A stretch of DNA of 64,000 nucleotides from Deltaproteobacteria bacterium (GTDB lineage: Bacteria; Myxococcota_A; Polyangia; Fen-1088): contig JANRKS010000036.1 of the NCBI GenBank assembly GCA_033763315.1, positions 1-64,000 of the forward strand. The letters are read 5' to 3'. Shown here one piece after another: positions 49,023-59,270 of this stretch. A program made the translations under genes and the position numbers. Each line of letters starts with the position of its first letter. The stretch's first letter is position 1. The notes beneath the pieces are model-generated. The model saw only the letters and a program-made list of their open reading frames with translations. It was not told where the DNA came from and did not search any database.

Positions 49023-49123
49023 ACCAACGCGCCCGCTTTTTGGGGTTGAGTCCGCTTAATGATGGGCTCCATCACACCCGGCGTGCGCTCTCGGATCGTT
49101 TCACCATCACAGGAATCGCACCT

Positions 49124-52100
49124 ATGTTTACCAAATTTATTCACAGACCCGTTCTGGCGATCGTCGTTTCGCTCGTGCTCATGTTCCTAGGCACGCTCGC
49201 CATAAAAACACTGCCCGTGTCGCAGTTTCCGTCGATCGCGCCGCCGCTCGTGCTTGTGTCGATCGCTTACCCCGGCGCCAGCGCCGACGTGTTGGTGAAG
49301 TCCACACTGATTCCGCTCGAACGCTCAATCAACGGCGTCCAGGGCATGAAATACATCGTGTCCGATGCCACCAGCGCCGGTGAAGCGGTCATCCAAGTTG
49401 TGTTCGACCTCGACGAAGATCCGAACCGAGCGGTGGTTAACGTGAAGAACCGCGTGGATCAGGTGATCAACCAGCTGCCGCCCCTGGTGCAACGCGAAGG
49501 CGTGGTTGTCTCGCCCGTGCAGCCCAGCATGTTGATGTATGTCAACCTCTACAGCAAAGAGAAGGACACGGATGAGAAGTTTCTCTACAACTTCGCAAAC
49601 GTAAACCTTCTGCCCGAGATCCAACGTATCAAAGGCATCGGCCAAGCGCGCATCCTGGGCAGCCGCCAGTATGCCATGCGCATCTGGTTGGACCCGGATC
49701 GCATGCGCGCCTACAACATCTCCACCACCGAGGTGATGGAGTCGATCGACAAGCAAAGCGTCATCGGTCGTCCAGGTCGCACGGGCATTGCTTCAGGCAA
49801 ACAATCGCAAGCCCTGGAATACGTGCTCACCTATTCGGGCCGTTACAACAAGCCCGAAGAATATGAAAACATCATCGTGCGAGCGAATCCCGAGGGTGAG
49901 TTTATTCACCTCAAAGATATCGCGAAGGTAGAGCTCGGCAGCGAGTTCTTCGACATCTACTCCAACATGAATGGCTATCCCTCGGCAGCCATCGTGCTCA
50001 AGCAGACTTACGGCAGCAACGCGAGCCAGGTCATCGAAAGCGTCAAGCTGAAGCTGGAAGAGCTCAAAGCCACCACCTTTCCAGCCGGCATGGATTACGA
50101 GATCAGCTACGACGTTTCAACCTTCTTGGACGCCTCGATTGAGAAGGTTATCCACACGCTGGTCGAAGCGTTCATCCTGGTGGCGTTGGTGGTTTTCCTG
50201 TTCTTGGGCGATTGGCGCTCGACCCTGATCCCCACCTTGGCCGTGCCCGTGTCGCTCGTCGGCACGTTTGCGTTCATGCCGTTGTTTGGTCTTTCACTGA
50301 ACTTGATCACCCTGTTCGCGTTGGTGCTTGCGATCGGCATCGTGGTCGACAACGCGATCGTCGTGGTCGAGGCCGTTCACGCGAAGATGCACGAAGAGCA
50401 CCTGGCACCCTATGAAGCCGTGCAAAAGGTTTTGGGCGAAATCAGCGGCGCCGTCATCGCGATTACGCTGATGATGACCGCGGTCTTCGTGCCGGTGGCA
50501 TTCATGACGGGGCCGGTGGGCGTGTTTTATCGGCAGTTCGCCATCACGATGGCCACCTCCATTGTGCTGTCCGGTGTGGTGGCGCTAACCCTCACGCCCG
50601 TGCTGTGTGCCATGATCCTTAAACACAACCACGGCGCGCGAAAGAAGCGCACACCGATCGGGGTGCTGCTTGATGTCTTTAACCGGTGGTTCGAACACGT
50701 TACCGGCCGCTATGTGGGCCTGCTCAAGCTCATCGTGAACCGTCGGAGCGTCACGTTTCTCATGCTCGTGGGCTTCAGCATGGGCGTGTTGGGGCTCAGC
50801 AAGGTGCTGCCGGCGGGCTTTATTCCCAACGAAGACCAGGGGATGATTTACGCCATCATTCAAACGCCGCCCGGCTCAACGCTTGAACGCACCAACGATG
50901 TGTCTCGCCATTTGCAGGCGATCGCCGAAAAAGTGGAAGGCATCGAATCTGTCTCGTCGCTGGCAGGCTACGAAGTTTTGACCGAAGGCCGCGGCTCCAA
51001 CGCCGGCACGTGTCTTATCAACTTGAAAAACTGGTCGAAGCGCAAACACACGGTTCGCCAGATCCTGGAAGAGCTGGAAGAAAAGTCGAAAGACATGGGC
51101 GCCGTGATCGAGTTCTTCGAACCACCGGCGGTGCCCGGCTACGGTGCGGCAGGCGGCTTTGCGTTGCGCTTGCTGGATAAGACCAACAGCGACGACTACC
51201 ACGCGTTCGACAAACTGAACAAAGAGTTCATGGATGCCTTGGGCAAGCGCAAAGAGCTGACGGGGTTGTTCACATTCTTTGCTGCCAACTACCCGCAATA
51301 CGAGTTGCTCATCGACAACGAGTTGGCGATGCAAAAGGGCGTGTCGATCGGCGCCGCGATGGAAAACCTGGACATTCTCATCGGCAGCACCTACGACCAG
51401 GGATTCGTGCGTTTCGGGCGCTTTTTCAAAGTCTATACGCAGGCTGCGCCTGAGTTTCGGCGCTTGCCTTCGGACATCATGAAGCTTTACGTGAAGAACG
51501 ATCACGACGAAATGGTGCCCTACTCTGCGTTCATGAAGATGCGCAAGACGCAGGGTCCAAATGAGATCACGCGCTACAACCTCTACGGATCAGCTGCCAT
51601 CCGTGGCGAGCCCAGCAAGGGCTACACCAGCGCCGACGCGATCGCCGTGGTGCAAGAGGTGGCAAGGCAGACCCTGCCGCGTGGTTACGAAGTGGCTTGG
51701 GAAGGCCTATCGTTCGACGAAGCGGCCCGTGGCAATGAGGCCATCTACATTTTTCTCGTGGTGTTGACCTTCGTGTACCTGGTATTGGCGGCACAATACG
51801 AAAGCTTCATCATTCCCTTGGCGGTTGTGCTCTCGTTGCCTGCGGGCGTTTTCGGCTCGTTTTTGCTCTTGAAGGTTCTGGGCTTGGCCAACGACATCTA
51901 CGCGCAGGTTGGTCTGGTCATGCTTGTGGGGCTACTGGGTAAGAACGCCGTGTTGATCGTTGAGTTTGCTGTGCAGAAGCACCACGCGGGCATGTCAGTT
52001 CTCGACGCGGCCATTGAAGGCGCAAAGGTGCGCTTCCGTCCCATCTTGATGACGTCGTTCGCATTCATCGCGGGCTTGGTTCCGATGGTGGGCGCCACCG

Positions 52101-52288
52101 GCCCTGGTGCCGTGGGGAACCGAACGATTGGTTCGTCGGCGTTGGGCGGCATGTTTTTCGGAACGATGTTTGGCGTGATCATCGTGCCAGGCCTTTACTT
52201 CGTCTTCGGCAAACTCGCAGAACGCAAGACACTGATCAGGGATGAAGAAGAAACCTCTGTAACCGAAGAGATAACCCACCATGCGTAG
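49124..52288 (+). CDS. RND efflux permease (HAE1)
   Basis: MFTKFIHRPV, AIGIVVDNAIVVVE, GLLGKNAVLIVEFA, RFRPILMTS. Start moved to ATG 49124. Confidence 0.95.
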   Translation: MFTKFIHRPVLAIVVSLVLMFLGTLAIKTLPVSQFPSIAPPLVLVSIAYPGASADVLVKSTLIPLERSINGVQGMKYIVSDATSAGEAVIQVVFDLDEDPNRAVVNVKNRVDQVINQLPPLVQREGVVVSPVQPSMLMYVNLYSKEKDTDEKFLYNFANVNLLPEIQRIKGIGQARILGSRQYAMRIWLDPDRMRAYNISTTEVMESIDKQSVIGRPGRTGIASGKQSQALEYVLTYSGRYNKPEEYENIIVRANPEGEFIHLKDIAKVELGSEFFDIYSNMNGYPSAAIVLKQTYGSNASQVIESVKLKLEELKATTFPAGMDYEISYDVSTFLDASIEKVIHTLVEAFILVALVVFLFLGDWRSTLIPTLAVPVSLVGTFAFMPLFGLSLNLITLFALVLAIGIVVDNAIVVVEAVHAKMHEEHLAPYEAVQKVLGEISGAVIAITLMMTAVFVPVAFMTGPVGVFYRQFAITMATSIVLSGVVALTLTPVLCAMILKHNHGARKKRTPIGVLLDVFNRWFEHVTGRYVGLLKLIVNRRSVTFLMLVGFSMGVLGLSKVLPAGFIPNEDQGMIYAIIQTPPGSTLERTNDVSRHLQAIAEKVEGIESVSSLAGYEVLTEGRGSNAGTCLINLKNWSKRKHTVRQILEELEEKSKDMGAVIEFFEPPAVPGYGAAGGFALRLLDKTNSDDYHAFDKLNKEFMDALGKRKELTGLFTFFAANYPQYELLIDNELAMQKGVSIGAAMENLDILIGSTYDQGFVRFGRFFKVYTQAAPEFRRLPSDIMKLYVKNDHDEMVPYSAFMKMRKTQGPNEITRYNLYGSAAIRGEPSKGYTSADAIAVVQEVARQTLPRGYEVAWEGLSFDEAARGNEAIYIFLVVLTFVYLVLAAQYESFIIPLAVVLSLPAGVFGSFLLLKVLGLANDIYAQVGLVMLVGLLGKNAVLIVEFAVQKHHAGMSVLDAAIEGAKVRFRPILMTSFAFIAGLVPMVGATGPGAVGNRTIGSSALGGMFFGTMFGVIIVPGLYFVFGKLAERKTLIRDEEETSVTEEITHHA

Positions 52289-53693
52289 GCTAGGACGAAT
52301 CGTCACGTGTTTTTCACTGTTGTGCGCCAGTTGCGTGCCCTCGTTGACGCAAAAGCCGGCGCGTGAAGCGAACCGCACCACGCCGAAGAACTTCGAGGGC
52401 TCACAAGACACCTCCAATTCAGCGCAGGCCAAGTGGCGCGAGTTCTTCAACGATCCCAACCTCAACGCGCTCATCACCTCGGCCCTGCAGAACAACCAAG
52501 AGCTGAACATTCAGCTGCAAGAGACGTTCATGGCCAACAACGAGGTGCTGGCAAACCGCGGAAGTTATATGCCGCGTGTTGATTTTAGGGCCGGCGGTGG
52601 CCTGGAAAAGGTGAGCCGCTACACCAGCAAGGGCGCGGCCGACGAACTCACGGGGGTTCCCGAACCTTTGCAGGACTATATGTTCGGCTTCTTTGCGTCG
52701 TGGGAAGTGGACGTCTGGAAAAAGATGCGCAACGCCACGAAGGCGGCCACCTTCCGCTACCTGGCGACCCTCGAAGGCCGGAACTTCATCATCACACGCC
52801 TCGTGGCTGAGATCGCGAACTCGTACTACGAGCTGATGGCGCTCGACAACCAGCTTGAGGTCTTGGACAGCAACATCGCAATCCAGCAGAGCGCGCTTGA
52901 AGTGGTGAAGCTGCAAAAGGAAGCGGCGCGGGTCACCGAGCTCGCCGTGCAAAGGTTCGAGGCGGAAGTGTTCAAAAACAAAAGCCGCCGCTACGACATT
53001 CTGCAGAGGATCGTCGAAACAGAGAACAAGCTGAACTTTCTTGCGGGTCGCTTCCCGCAAACGCTTGCACGCAGCTCAAAAAGCTTTAACGACCTTTTGC
53101 CCAAAGCCATCGCGGCCGGCCTGCCTTCGCAACTGCTGCAGAACCGCCCCGACGTCACACGCGCTGAGCTGGAACTGGCGGCGGCGAAGCTGGATGTGCA
53201 GGTGGCGAAAGCATACTTTTATCCATCGTTCGGCATGCGGGCAGGCGTCGGCTACCAGGCGTTTAGAATCAAGCGCCTGATCAATACGCCAGAGTCGCTC
53301 CTCTATAACGTCTCAGCAGATTTAATGGCGCCTCTCATCAACCGAAACGAGATCAAAGCGGTCTACTTTTCGGCCAACTCAAAGCAACTGCAAGCGGTGT
53401 ACGAGTATGAAAAGACCATCCTCAATGCATATACGGAGGTCGCCAACCAACTTTCCATGATCGACAACCTCAACAAGAGCTTCGCACTGCAAACACAGCA
53501 GGTGCAAAAGCTCACGTCGTCGATCGATATCTCCACAAGCCTCTTCACCTCGGCGCGTGCGGATTACATGGAAGTGCTGCTGACCCGCCGTGACGCGCTT
53601 GAATCACAAATGGAGCTGATCGAAACGAAGAAGCGACAGCTGGCAGCGGTGGTGAACCTATATCAAGCGCTGGGCGGCGGCTGGCGGCGATAG
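52281..53693 (+). CDS. TolC/OprM-family outer-membrane factor
   Basis: Lipobox CASC, WREFFNDPNL, SWEVDVW, LLQNRPDV, LYQALGGGW. Confidence 0.93.
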   Translation: MRRLGRIVTCFSLLCASCVPSLTQKPAREANRTTPKNFEGSQDTSNSAQAKWREFFNDPNLNALITSALQNNQELNIQLQETFMANNEVLANRGSYMPRVDFRAGGGLEKVSRYTSKGAADELTGVPEPLQDYMFGFFASWEVDVWKKMRNATKAATFRYLATLEGRNFIITRLVAEIANSYYELMALDNQLEVLDSNIAIQQSALEVVKLQKEAARVTELAVQRFEAEVFKNKSRRYDILQRIVETENKLNFLAGRFPQTLARSSKSFNDLLPKAIAAGLPSQLLQNRPDVTRAELELAAAKLDVQVAKAYFYPSFGMRAGVGYQAFRIKRLINTPESLLYNVSADLMAPLINRNEIKAVYFSANSKQLQAVYEYEKTILNAYTEVANQLSMIDNLNKSFALQTQQVQKLTSSIDISTSLFTSARADYMEVLLTRRDALESQMELIETKKRQLAAVVNLYQALGGGWRR

Positions 53694-53754
53694 GTGGCAG
53701 GAAGGCGGTTGGCAGGATGTCGGGTTAGGCGCGGGCCTGCTTTAGGAACGTCCG

Positions 53755-54366
53755 CTACGGGATGCAAGGCGAAAGGGATGCTCCCTGTGCGTCGAAAGAT
53801 TTCAGAACGACCTCCACCTCGGGATGCATGGGCGTTTCGGAGAGAAAGAAGATCAGGGTCTGCCGCTGTGTGTGCATTCGGAACAGCGTTAGCGCAGCTG
53901 TTTTGAGGTTGAGCCGCTGCGATTTCACCACCCGATCGCGCGTGGCATCCAAAGCCTTGCAATCCGGAAAGTGAATAAACCACAGGGCCGCGTGCAGCGG
54001 TCCCTGCGGCGAGCTCACCTGAAGAACTGCCTCGTCAAATTGACTGGCCTTGCGGAAGCCCGGGGCAGAAAAGTCCTTCGCCAGCCAGGACGCACGCTCA
54101 GCCTTGTCAGGTACGTTTAAGGTCACCTGCCAGTCTGCGTCGGAAACGCCCGCAAATGATCGGCCGATGGTGGTCGCCAAGGCTCCGATTGTCCACGTGC
54201 GCGTGAAATCAATTGATAGCGTCTGTTCCGTTGGCCGCGCGTCCACGGAAGGCAGATTGGCCTCCGCATCAGGTGCGACTACAGCTGCGGGCGCCGGCCT
54301 TGTTTCCGTGCCCCGAGAGCAAGTGGCCGCGAAAAGAAGGATGAACACATATCTCACGAAGCACAT
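53755..54366 (-). CDS. Hypothetical exported/lipoprotein; candidate immunity protein
   Basis: Signal-like YVFILLFAATCS; ATG one base after the stop of the upstream gene. Confidence 0.6.
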   Translation of the reverse strand: MCFVRYVFILLFAATCSRGTETRPAPAAVVAPDAEANLPSVDARPTEQTLSIDFTRTWTIGALATTIGRSFAGVSDADWQVTLNVPDKAERASWLAKDFSAPGFRKASQFDEAVLQVSSPQGPLHAALWFIHFPDCKALDATRDRVVKSQRLNLKTAALTLFRMHTQRQTLIFFLSETPMHPEVEVVLKSFDAQGASLSPCIP

Positions 54367-54367
54367 G

Positions 54368-54922
54368 CTAACGAACCTGCACCTGTGGCGGAGAAGCCGG
54401 CGTGTACGTGATGGACATGCAACCGGAATCGCCAATCTCTTTCAGGCTTAAAGCGAAAGAGCTTTTTACACTGCCCGAGATCTCTACAAGAAACTTGTTG
54501 AACATTACGAAACCTGACGGCCCGCCGCACACCTCTATGCAGCCAGCGGTCGCGTACAATTGAGTCAGGGGATCGTCGGGCCCGTCATGAATCAAGAAGT
54601 TGCCGTGGACCTGCCAAGCCCCATCCTCTCGAGAGGGGAAACTGTGCACCTTATAGGTCGGGATCCAGCGGTGAATGACATAGGTGTGATGTTGACTAAG
54701 GCCGACCGTATAGGGCTTTGGATTACCCGACTTCCGATGGACGCCGAAACGGATGACCTCGAACGTTTTGGAGACCGGGCGGTGAAACTGATCGTGGCCC
54801 AAAACCTTTAACTCATACGTCGGTATCACGTACGTTTTGCCATCAAAATTCGGATACGACCACGTGTAGGCCACGCCGATAGGCGCCGCTCCAACGACAA
54901 GGCGGATTTTGCGAAGTGCCAT
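54368..54922 (-). CDS. YkuD/Tlde1-like L,D-transpeptidase-fold protein; candidate toxin
   Basis: FLIHDGPDDPLTQLYATAGCIEV (His...Thr-x-Gly-Cys). No signal peptide. Start moved to ATG 54922. Confidence 0.6.
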   Translation of the reverse strand: MALRKIRLVVGAAPIGVAYTWSYPNFDGKTYVIPTYELKVLGHDQFHRPVSKTFEVIRFGVHRKSGNPKPYTVGLSQHHTYVIHRWIPTYKVHSFPSREDGAWQVHGNFLIHDGPDDPLTQLYATAGCIEVCGGPSGFVMFNKFLVEISGSVKSSFALSLKEIGDSGCMSITYTPASPPQVQVR

Positions 54923-55062
54923 TTTGGGAATTATCGGTTCGGCTTGTCGACAGTTGCGTGGAACCCCGCTGCTGACGCGGCTTTCTACTGGGAAGGTGCC
55001 ACCAAAATGCTGGGGCACGGATGACTTACCATGATTCGTCATGGTAAAAGCGACGTTCCGCG

Positions 55063-56100
55063 ATGAAATTGCCTCATCTGTTCCTGCGTTCTGCCTTTTC
55101 AATCGCCCTCGCCTTGAGTTCTGCGGGGCTCTCAATCGCAGTGGCCGCCGACAACGCGGAAATGCTGATTCGCAAGGGCGTCGAGCTGCGACGAAAGGGC
55201 CGCGATAGGGATGCGGCCGATCTATTCCGGCAAGCTTATGATCTTTCCCACACGCCGAGGGCAGCGGCGCAGCTCGGTCTTTGTGAACAAGCTCTGGGGC
55301 AGTGGCTCGCATCGGAGCAGCATCTGTCAGAAGCGCTGGTGGCGGAGTCAGATCCCTGGATCGCTGGCAAACGGGACACGCTCGAGGGCTCGCGCGAAGC
55401 GGTGAGGAATCGGCTTGGTTCGCTGCACATCGCAGGCGAACCTCGGGGCGCCATGGTGACGTTGAACGATCGAGTTCTTGGTCAGCTGCCGCTCACGGAT
55501 GACGCTTGGGTGCTGCCGGGGGCGTCGGTGCTTATTGTTCGCAAGGACGGCTACGAGAGCAAGACGATGAACGTGAACGTTGACGCGGGCACGAAGCAAG
55601 CTGTGACGATCCACTTGACGGCTCCCGTGTCTTCGCCCAGCGTCGCGGTCAACTCCTCCCGCAAGGAATCGACGTCGGCCGTCCAAGAAGAAACGGTGCA
55701 GTCCGGTGCGGGGCCACAAGAAGCCACGTGGCGCCCGTACGTTATGTGGGGCGCGCTTGGCACTGGCGTCGCTTCACTGACGCTGGGGATAGTGAGCCAC
55801 GTGCAACGCGAGTCTCACATATCCACGTTCAACGACGAAAACGGCAATTGCTTCAATGATGGCGGCACCATCGTTGGTGGGTCCGCTTGTGAATCGCTTC
55901 ACTCAAAAATCAGCGGCGACACAACGCGAATGATCGTTGGCTATGTCGGCGCCGCCGTTTTCACCGGTGTTGCAACCGTCTTGTGGGCTACAAAGCCATC
56001 GTCTACGGAACAGTCAGTTGCCTGTGGTGTTGCACCAAACAGTGCCACGCTGGGCTCACTTCGCTATCTCGCGTCCATTCAATGTAGCGGCAGATTCTAA
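55063..56100 (+). CDS. PEGA-domain protein (signal - TPR - PEGA - C-terminal membrane segments)
   Basis: GVELRRKG...AAQLGLCEQALG, GEPRGAMVTLN...RKDGYE, two hydrophobic C-terminal helices. Confidence 0.85.
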   Translation: MKLPHLFLRSAFSIALALSSAGLSIAVAADNAEMLIRKGVELRRKGRDRDAADLFRQAYDLSHTPRAAAQLGLCEQALGQWLASEQHLSEALVAESDPWIAGKRDTLEGSREAVRNRLGSLHIAGEPRGAMVTLNDRVLGQLPLTDDAWVLPGASVLIVRKDGYESKTMNVNVDAGTKQAVTIHLTAPVSSPSVAVNSSRKESTSAVQEETVQSGAGPQEATWRPYVMWGALGTGVASLTLGIVSHVQRESHISTFNDENGNCFNDGGTIVGGSACESLHSKISGDTTRMIVGYVGAAVFTGVATVLWATKPSSTEQSVACGVAPNSATLGSLRYLASIQCSGRF

Positions 56101-56109
56101 GGGCCAACG

Positions 56110-58164
56110 ATGTACAGAGCACTAAAGATTATTTCACTTCTTGCTGCGCTCGCAGTCGCGGCAAGTTGCAGCAGCGAACGCAGCTTGCCCAAAGCCTCCG
56201 AAGATGTTGACGCAAATGTCGGCGCTTCGGGAGGCGCGGCTGGCGGCAATTTGGGAGGGGGGGGAGCAGGCTTGGCGGACGCGGGTTCCGGCTTGGGATC
56301 CGATGATGGGTCTGCGCCTCTCATCGATCTGTGCCCGAAAGACGAACGCCGCTGCAGCAGCGGAGCGATCGAAGAATGTCGCGACGGAGCGTGGACCCAA
56401 GTCATGACTTGTGGCGGGTTCTGCCTGAACAAGGCGTGCGTAGCGTGCAAACCGGATGCGAAAAAGTGCGACGGCAGCGCGCCGCAGGTTTGCGATGCGA
56501 CTGGCTCGTGGACTGCGTCAGGAGCGGCTTGTGACACGGGCTGCAACGCAGAAACGGGGCTTTGCAACGGTTGCCCCACGACGGGACAAAGGACCTGCAC
56601 GGGCAAAGATGTGTTCGTCTGCTCGCCGGACAAAAAGTGGGTAAAGGACGTGACCTGTAGTGCGACTCAAGGGTGCATCGCTGGAGCGTGCACGGCTTGC
56701 GATCCAGGTGTTTCACCTGTCGCCTGCCAAGACGCGAGGGTCCGCGAATGCGCAACAAACGGAGAATGGAAAGAAAAGGTGGTGTGTGAAAACTTCCAAG
56801 TCTGCGGCGTTGACCGCTGCTTACCGACGTACGCGTCTACCGTCACTATCGGCGTGGTCGAGTCAGTGAAGTTCTCAACGATCTTTCAAGATGGCTCCGC
56901 GATTCTTGTGGGAAGATTTAAGGGATCTGTGGATTTCGATCCTACTCCAAAGGTCGCGCTGCTTGCTGGCGGTCCTGGAGCATGGTTCGTGCTCCGCGTC
57001 GCCGGCGACAATTCGGTCGTGTGGGCAAAGGCGTTCTCGGGAAACATCCTCATGAACTCTCTATCGCCTGGATCGGACTTCGGAGCACTGTTGACCGGGA
57101 GTTTTTTTGGCAGTGCTGACTTCGCGGGGAGAAATGAATCGGCAGCAACACAAGGCACCAACTTTATCATCCGCATTTCGAAGGACGGGACATTGGACCT
57201 GCGCGCCTTCAAGGAAACATCGGCAGCTTCTTGGAGCATCACCGATGCCATCTCACGTCCCACCGGTGAAAGCACATTTGTGGGTCGTTTTTCGGGCACC
57301 TTGCAGTTCGATGTAGACGGCGCAGGATACACATCCATCCCGGACAACACTAATGGCTTCGTCGCTACCCTAACGACCGCCGGAAAAGTGTCATCGGTTC
57401 AACAGATCCGCGCCTTGAACAACGGTCAGGTGTCACCAACAAATGTCATCCGATCAACGTCCGGTGGACTGTGGATCGGGGGACTGGCCTCGGGAGAAAT
57501 TGACCTCGATCCTACAGCCGGTATTGATAACCGACTGGTGAGCAGGCTGTCTTTTTTCATGTTGAGACTGGACGCGGGAGGCGCTTACAGGGCCGGCAAG
57601 ATCCTAGATGTCGCTAACATAGATTTCTCAACCAGGCTTGTAGCGCTTGCTGGCACGAGCGACGATGGAGTTGTGGTGGGGGGGAACTTGTACGCCGATA
57701 GCGGTGCGATCGATCTTGACCCGGGCACCGAAAAAGTCAGCAAAACAGCGATCGGTGAAAACGATTTTTTCGTCATCAAGTTGAACAAGGCAGGCGAATA
57801 TCAATGGGGCAACGTATGGGGTGGCTCTGCGTGGGACGAGCTAGCTGCACTCCAAACGCATTCGACGGATGAAGTTCTAGTGAGCGGGTCGTTCAAAGGG
57901 AACCTGAATTTTGCAAACGAACAGTCTCCCGTCCTGCGCAGTGCTAGCGACGGGGCCGCTTTCGCAATGGTGCTCAAACCCAACGGCGAATTGCGTCTCG
58001 TCCTAAATACAGGTGGCGCCGAAGGTTCAGCGTCTGCCGGTTTCACTCAAACCGGTTTCGCCATGTCCGGAATCTTCATGGGCAGCGTCGACTTCCAGCC
58101 CGGCAACGGCGTCGAATTCAAGGAAGGCTCGCCGTCATTGTTTCTCAGCCGTTATTCCCTATAG
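56110..58164 (+). CDS. Lipoprotein with Cys-rich repeats and an SBBP-like beta-propeller
   Basis: Lipobox AASC; about 4 C-x-P-x(3-4)-C-x-G-x(5)-C-x(2-4)-G-x-W repeats; VDFDP/IDLDP/VDFQP propeller motifs. Confidence 0.8.
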   Translation: MYRALKIISLLAALAVAASCSSERSLPKASEDVDANVGASGGAAGGNLGGGGAGLADAGSGLGSDDGSAPLIDLCPKDERRCSSGAIEECRDGAWTQVMTCGGFCLNKACVACKPDAKKCDGSAPQVCDATGSWTASGAACDTGCNAETGLCNGCPTTGQRTCTGKDVFVCSPDKKWVKDVTCSATQGCIAGACTACDPGVSPVACQDARVRECATNGEWKEKVVCENFQVCGVDRCLPTYASTVTIGVVESVKFSTIFQDGSAILVGRFKGSVDFDPTPKVALLAGGPGAWFVLRVAGDNSVVWAKAFSGNILMNSLSPGSDFGALLTGSFFGSADFAGRNESAATQGTNFIIRISKDGTLDLRAFKETSAASWSITDAISRPTGESTFVGRFSGTLQFDVDGAGYTSIPDNTNGFVATLTTAGKVSSVQQIRALNNGQVSPTNVIRSTSGGLWIGGLASGEIDLDPTAGIDNRLVSRLSFFMLRLDAGGAYRAGKILDVANIDFSTRLVALAGTSDDGVVVGGNLYADSGAIDLDPGTEKVSKTAIGENDFFVIKLNKAGEYQWGNVWGGSAWDELAALQTHSTDEVLVSGSFKGNLNFANEQSPVLRSASDGAAFAMVLKPNGELRLVLNTGGAEGSASAGFTQTGFAMSGIFMGSVDFQPGNGVEFKEGSPSLFLSRYSL

Positions 58165-58524
58165 CGTCCCGGCGCGAGCGAACGGTTGCTTAAATCGGGA
58201 CCTGCCGTAACGGTGGGCTTCCTTTCCTTTACCAGCGCGACCGCCGCTTGTGCTACCCCACCCGGCCACACAGAGCATTCGTGTGGGTCGGCCTCAGGGG
58301 CATACAAAGGCGATGTAAAAATGTGCGAATTCGCGGCTCCTCCTGTGTGGATAGGATTGGAATCTGGTCAAGACTGCGCAATTCTTGCCCATCGCACTTC
58401 GGCGGTGATGTGGTTTTGGGACCTGGTGATCCGAAGGGCAACGTCCAGCAGTTCATTGTTCGTTATCCCTCGGCCTGATGGCCCAGAGTCTCGCGGGGCT
58501 CTGTTTTGCTTAAGGAGCACTGTC

Positions 58525-59214
58525 ATGAAACTCGTAAAACCGTTATTCGTTGTCGGCTTAATGTTCGCCCTGGCCCCAATCGCCATTGTTGGCTGTGGCG
58601 GTTCCAGCGATAGCGACGGATCGGGTGGCAGCGGAGGCGATGGCGGTGACGGAGGAGGCAGCAGTTCTGGCGGCAAGGGCGGCAATGCTTCCGGCGGTAA
58701 GGGCGGCAGCGCCAATGGCGGCAGCGGCGGCTCTGCTTCTGGCGGTAGCGGTGGTACATCCGCTGGCGGCGGTGGCGGGACGGCGAGCGGCGGCAGTGGC
58801 GGCGCGGCAGGTGGTGCCGGTGGTGGAAGCGGTGGCGCAGCAGGAGGCGCTGGCGGCGCGGGCGGGACTGGTGGCGCTGCGGGCGGAGCTGGTGGTTCAG
58901 CAGCCCCTACGTTCAAGATGATTTACGACACCATCCTGAGCAAAACAGCTTCTGCAGCGAACGTAGGATGCGTCGGGGGCCAGTGCCACAACGTCGTCCA
59001 TAAAGGAGTCATCTTCGAGGCGGGAGGAGGAGCTACGGCGGCCTACAACTCGCTCAAGAACGCGATGAAATTCGTGGCTGGGAATCCGAACATGTCTGTC
59101 ATCTACAATGAGGTGAAGAACAAGGAAATGCCGAAGGACGCGAACGCCAAGCTGTCCGACGCCCAGGTAAAGATGATCGAGGATTGGATCAAAGCGGGTG
59201 CGTTGAACAACTGA
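58525..59214 (+). CDS. Lipoprotein with a long Gly-rich linker and a C-terminal cytochrome c-like domain
   Basis: AAGGAG RBS; lipobox IVGC; GGSGG tract; CVGGQCH, EMP, LSDAQVKMIEDWIKAGA. Confidence 0.75.
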   Translation: MKLVKPLFVVGLMFALAPIAIVGCGGSSDSDGSGGSGGDGGDGGGSSSGGKGGNASGGKGGSANGGSGGSASGGSGGTSAGGGGGTASGGSGGAAGGAGGGSGGAAGGAGGAGGTGGAAGGAGGSAAPTFKMIYDTILSKTASAANVGCVGGQCHNVVHKGVIFEAGGGATAAYNSLKNAMKFVAGNPNMSVIYNEVKNKEMPKDANAKLSDAQVKMIEDWIKAGALNN

Positions 59215-59232
59215 AGTTCTCACTGATTCGCC

Positions 59233-59270
59233 AAAGCCGCTGCGCTTCCAAGCCCAGCGGCTTTCGTGTT
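59233..59270 (+). terminator. Intrinsic terminator-like hairpin
   Basis: AAAGCCGCTG-N12-CAGCGGCTTT followed by CGTGTT, about 19 nt after the stop. Confidence 0.55.

Noticed and set aside
54923-55312. N-terminal 130 aa of the 314-aa ORF
   Set aside because: It overlaps the divergent PEGA gene and reads as non-protein-like. ATG 54922 is preferred.
58610-58900. GGC-rich low-complexity tract as a DNA repeat element
   Set aside because: It encodes the Gly-rich linker of the lipoprotein.
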